Of a stretch of DNA of 45,969 nt, positions 45,755 through 45,969 are shown piece after piece. A model generated the notes under the pieces. That model had not been told where the DNA came from, made no database searches, and saw nothing but the letters and a program-made list of their open reading frames with translations. A program made the position numbers and the translations under genes. Each line of letters begins with the position of its first letter. Position 1 is the stretch's first letter. The stretch is from an uncultured Candidatus Cloacimonadota bacterium (GTDB lineage Bacteria; Cloacimonadota; Cloacimonadia; Cloacimonadales; TCS61): the NCBI GenBank assembly GCA_964619925.1, contig CAZUGB010000225.1, positions 1 through 45,969 of the forward strand, written 5' to 3'.

Positions 45755-45969
45755 TTATTTCACAAACTTTGCGGTTATATACACTAACACAATATATCGT
45801 AAGATTCTCAAAGGATAAACGATAGCGGAAAATTTAAGGAAATTTATCCTAAAAACTCCCGATAGGAAAGTGAGCGGATCTCCGAGAATTGGTGTCCAAG
45901 ACAAGAGCAAACTCCAACCGCCGTATTTTTGAATTAATTTTTGAGCTTTTCTCATTGATTTTTTATGCG
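45755..45969 (-). CDS. YqaA/DedA-family membrane protein (5' partial; continues beyond window end)
   Basis: The frame stays open to nt 45969 upstream of the Met at 45955. ..KYGGWSLLLSWTPILGDPLTFLSGVF.. matches the conserved YqaA/SNARE-associated (DedA-like) motif. Confidence 0.65.
   Translation of the reverse strand, partial: HKKSMRKAQKLIQKYGGWSLLLSWTPILGDPLTFLSGVFRINFLKFSAIVYPLRILRYIVLVYITAKFVK

Noticed and set aside
1-45969. Search by eye for CRISPR repeats, tRNA/rRNA/tmRNA/SRP-like sequences, IS elements, integrases, toxin-antitoxin pairs and known defence genes.
   Set aside because: Nothing was recognised. The only non-coding stretches longer than 200 bp are 5471-5958, 19716-20031, 22912-23151, 28677-28909 and 34185-34428. 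None shows direct-repeat arrays or tRNA-like T-arm or anticodon features. This was a manual scan and could miss divergent ncRNAs.

Overview
This 46-kb window is AT-rich and very gene-dense, and almost all of it is bacterial core genome. Hand tallies of sample lines give about 27-37% GC for most genes. I found no rRNA, tRNA, CRISPR array, transposase, integrase or recognisable defence island. Four proteins carry T9SS-type C-terminal sorting tails, yet most genes have strong GGAGG Shine-Dalgarno sites. Together with a butyrate kinase, this suggests a fermentative member of the FCB-related candidate phyla (Cloacimonadota-like), not a true Bacteroidota; this is a low-confidence guess. Layout: (i) 1-5470 (+) holds a 5'-truncated giant T9SS surface protein, buk and a C11 clostripain-like lipoprotein. 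(ii) 5471-5958 is a 488-bp ORF-free gap between convergent genes that contains a cluster of DnaA boxes. (iii) 5959-19715 (-) is a 14-gene string with overlapping or abutting stops and starts: yajC-def-fmt-rsgA-nadK-recN-hyp-nfeD-SPFH-rho-U32-SPOR/TPR-mutS. (iv) 20032-32040 is an envelope and secretion region with three more T9SS cargo genes, pspC-nudix, a 1075-aa predicted outer-membrane barrel and a GH20 hexosaminidase. (v) 32181-34184 (+) encodes EIIA(Ntr)-like, a small PII-like protein and an RCK-less CPA2 antiporter. (vi) 34429-45726 (+) is a second 10-gene string: M20 peptidase-dapB-dapF-small membrane protein-rodZ-like-fused radical SAM-ispD-905-aa GlmS homologue-thrC-AGOG-type glycosylase. 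A truncated YqaA/DedA-like gene follows at the window end. The most system-like or unusual items are the DnaA-box cluster, the EIIA/PII-like/CPA2 module, the oversized GlmS homologue with an N-terminal extension before its catalytic Cys, and the orphan 1075-aa barrel protein among the T9SS cargo. All functional calls rest on motifs I recognised by eye. No database search was run, and every novelty claim needs HMM or structure searches.
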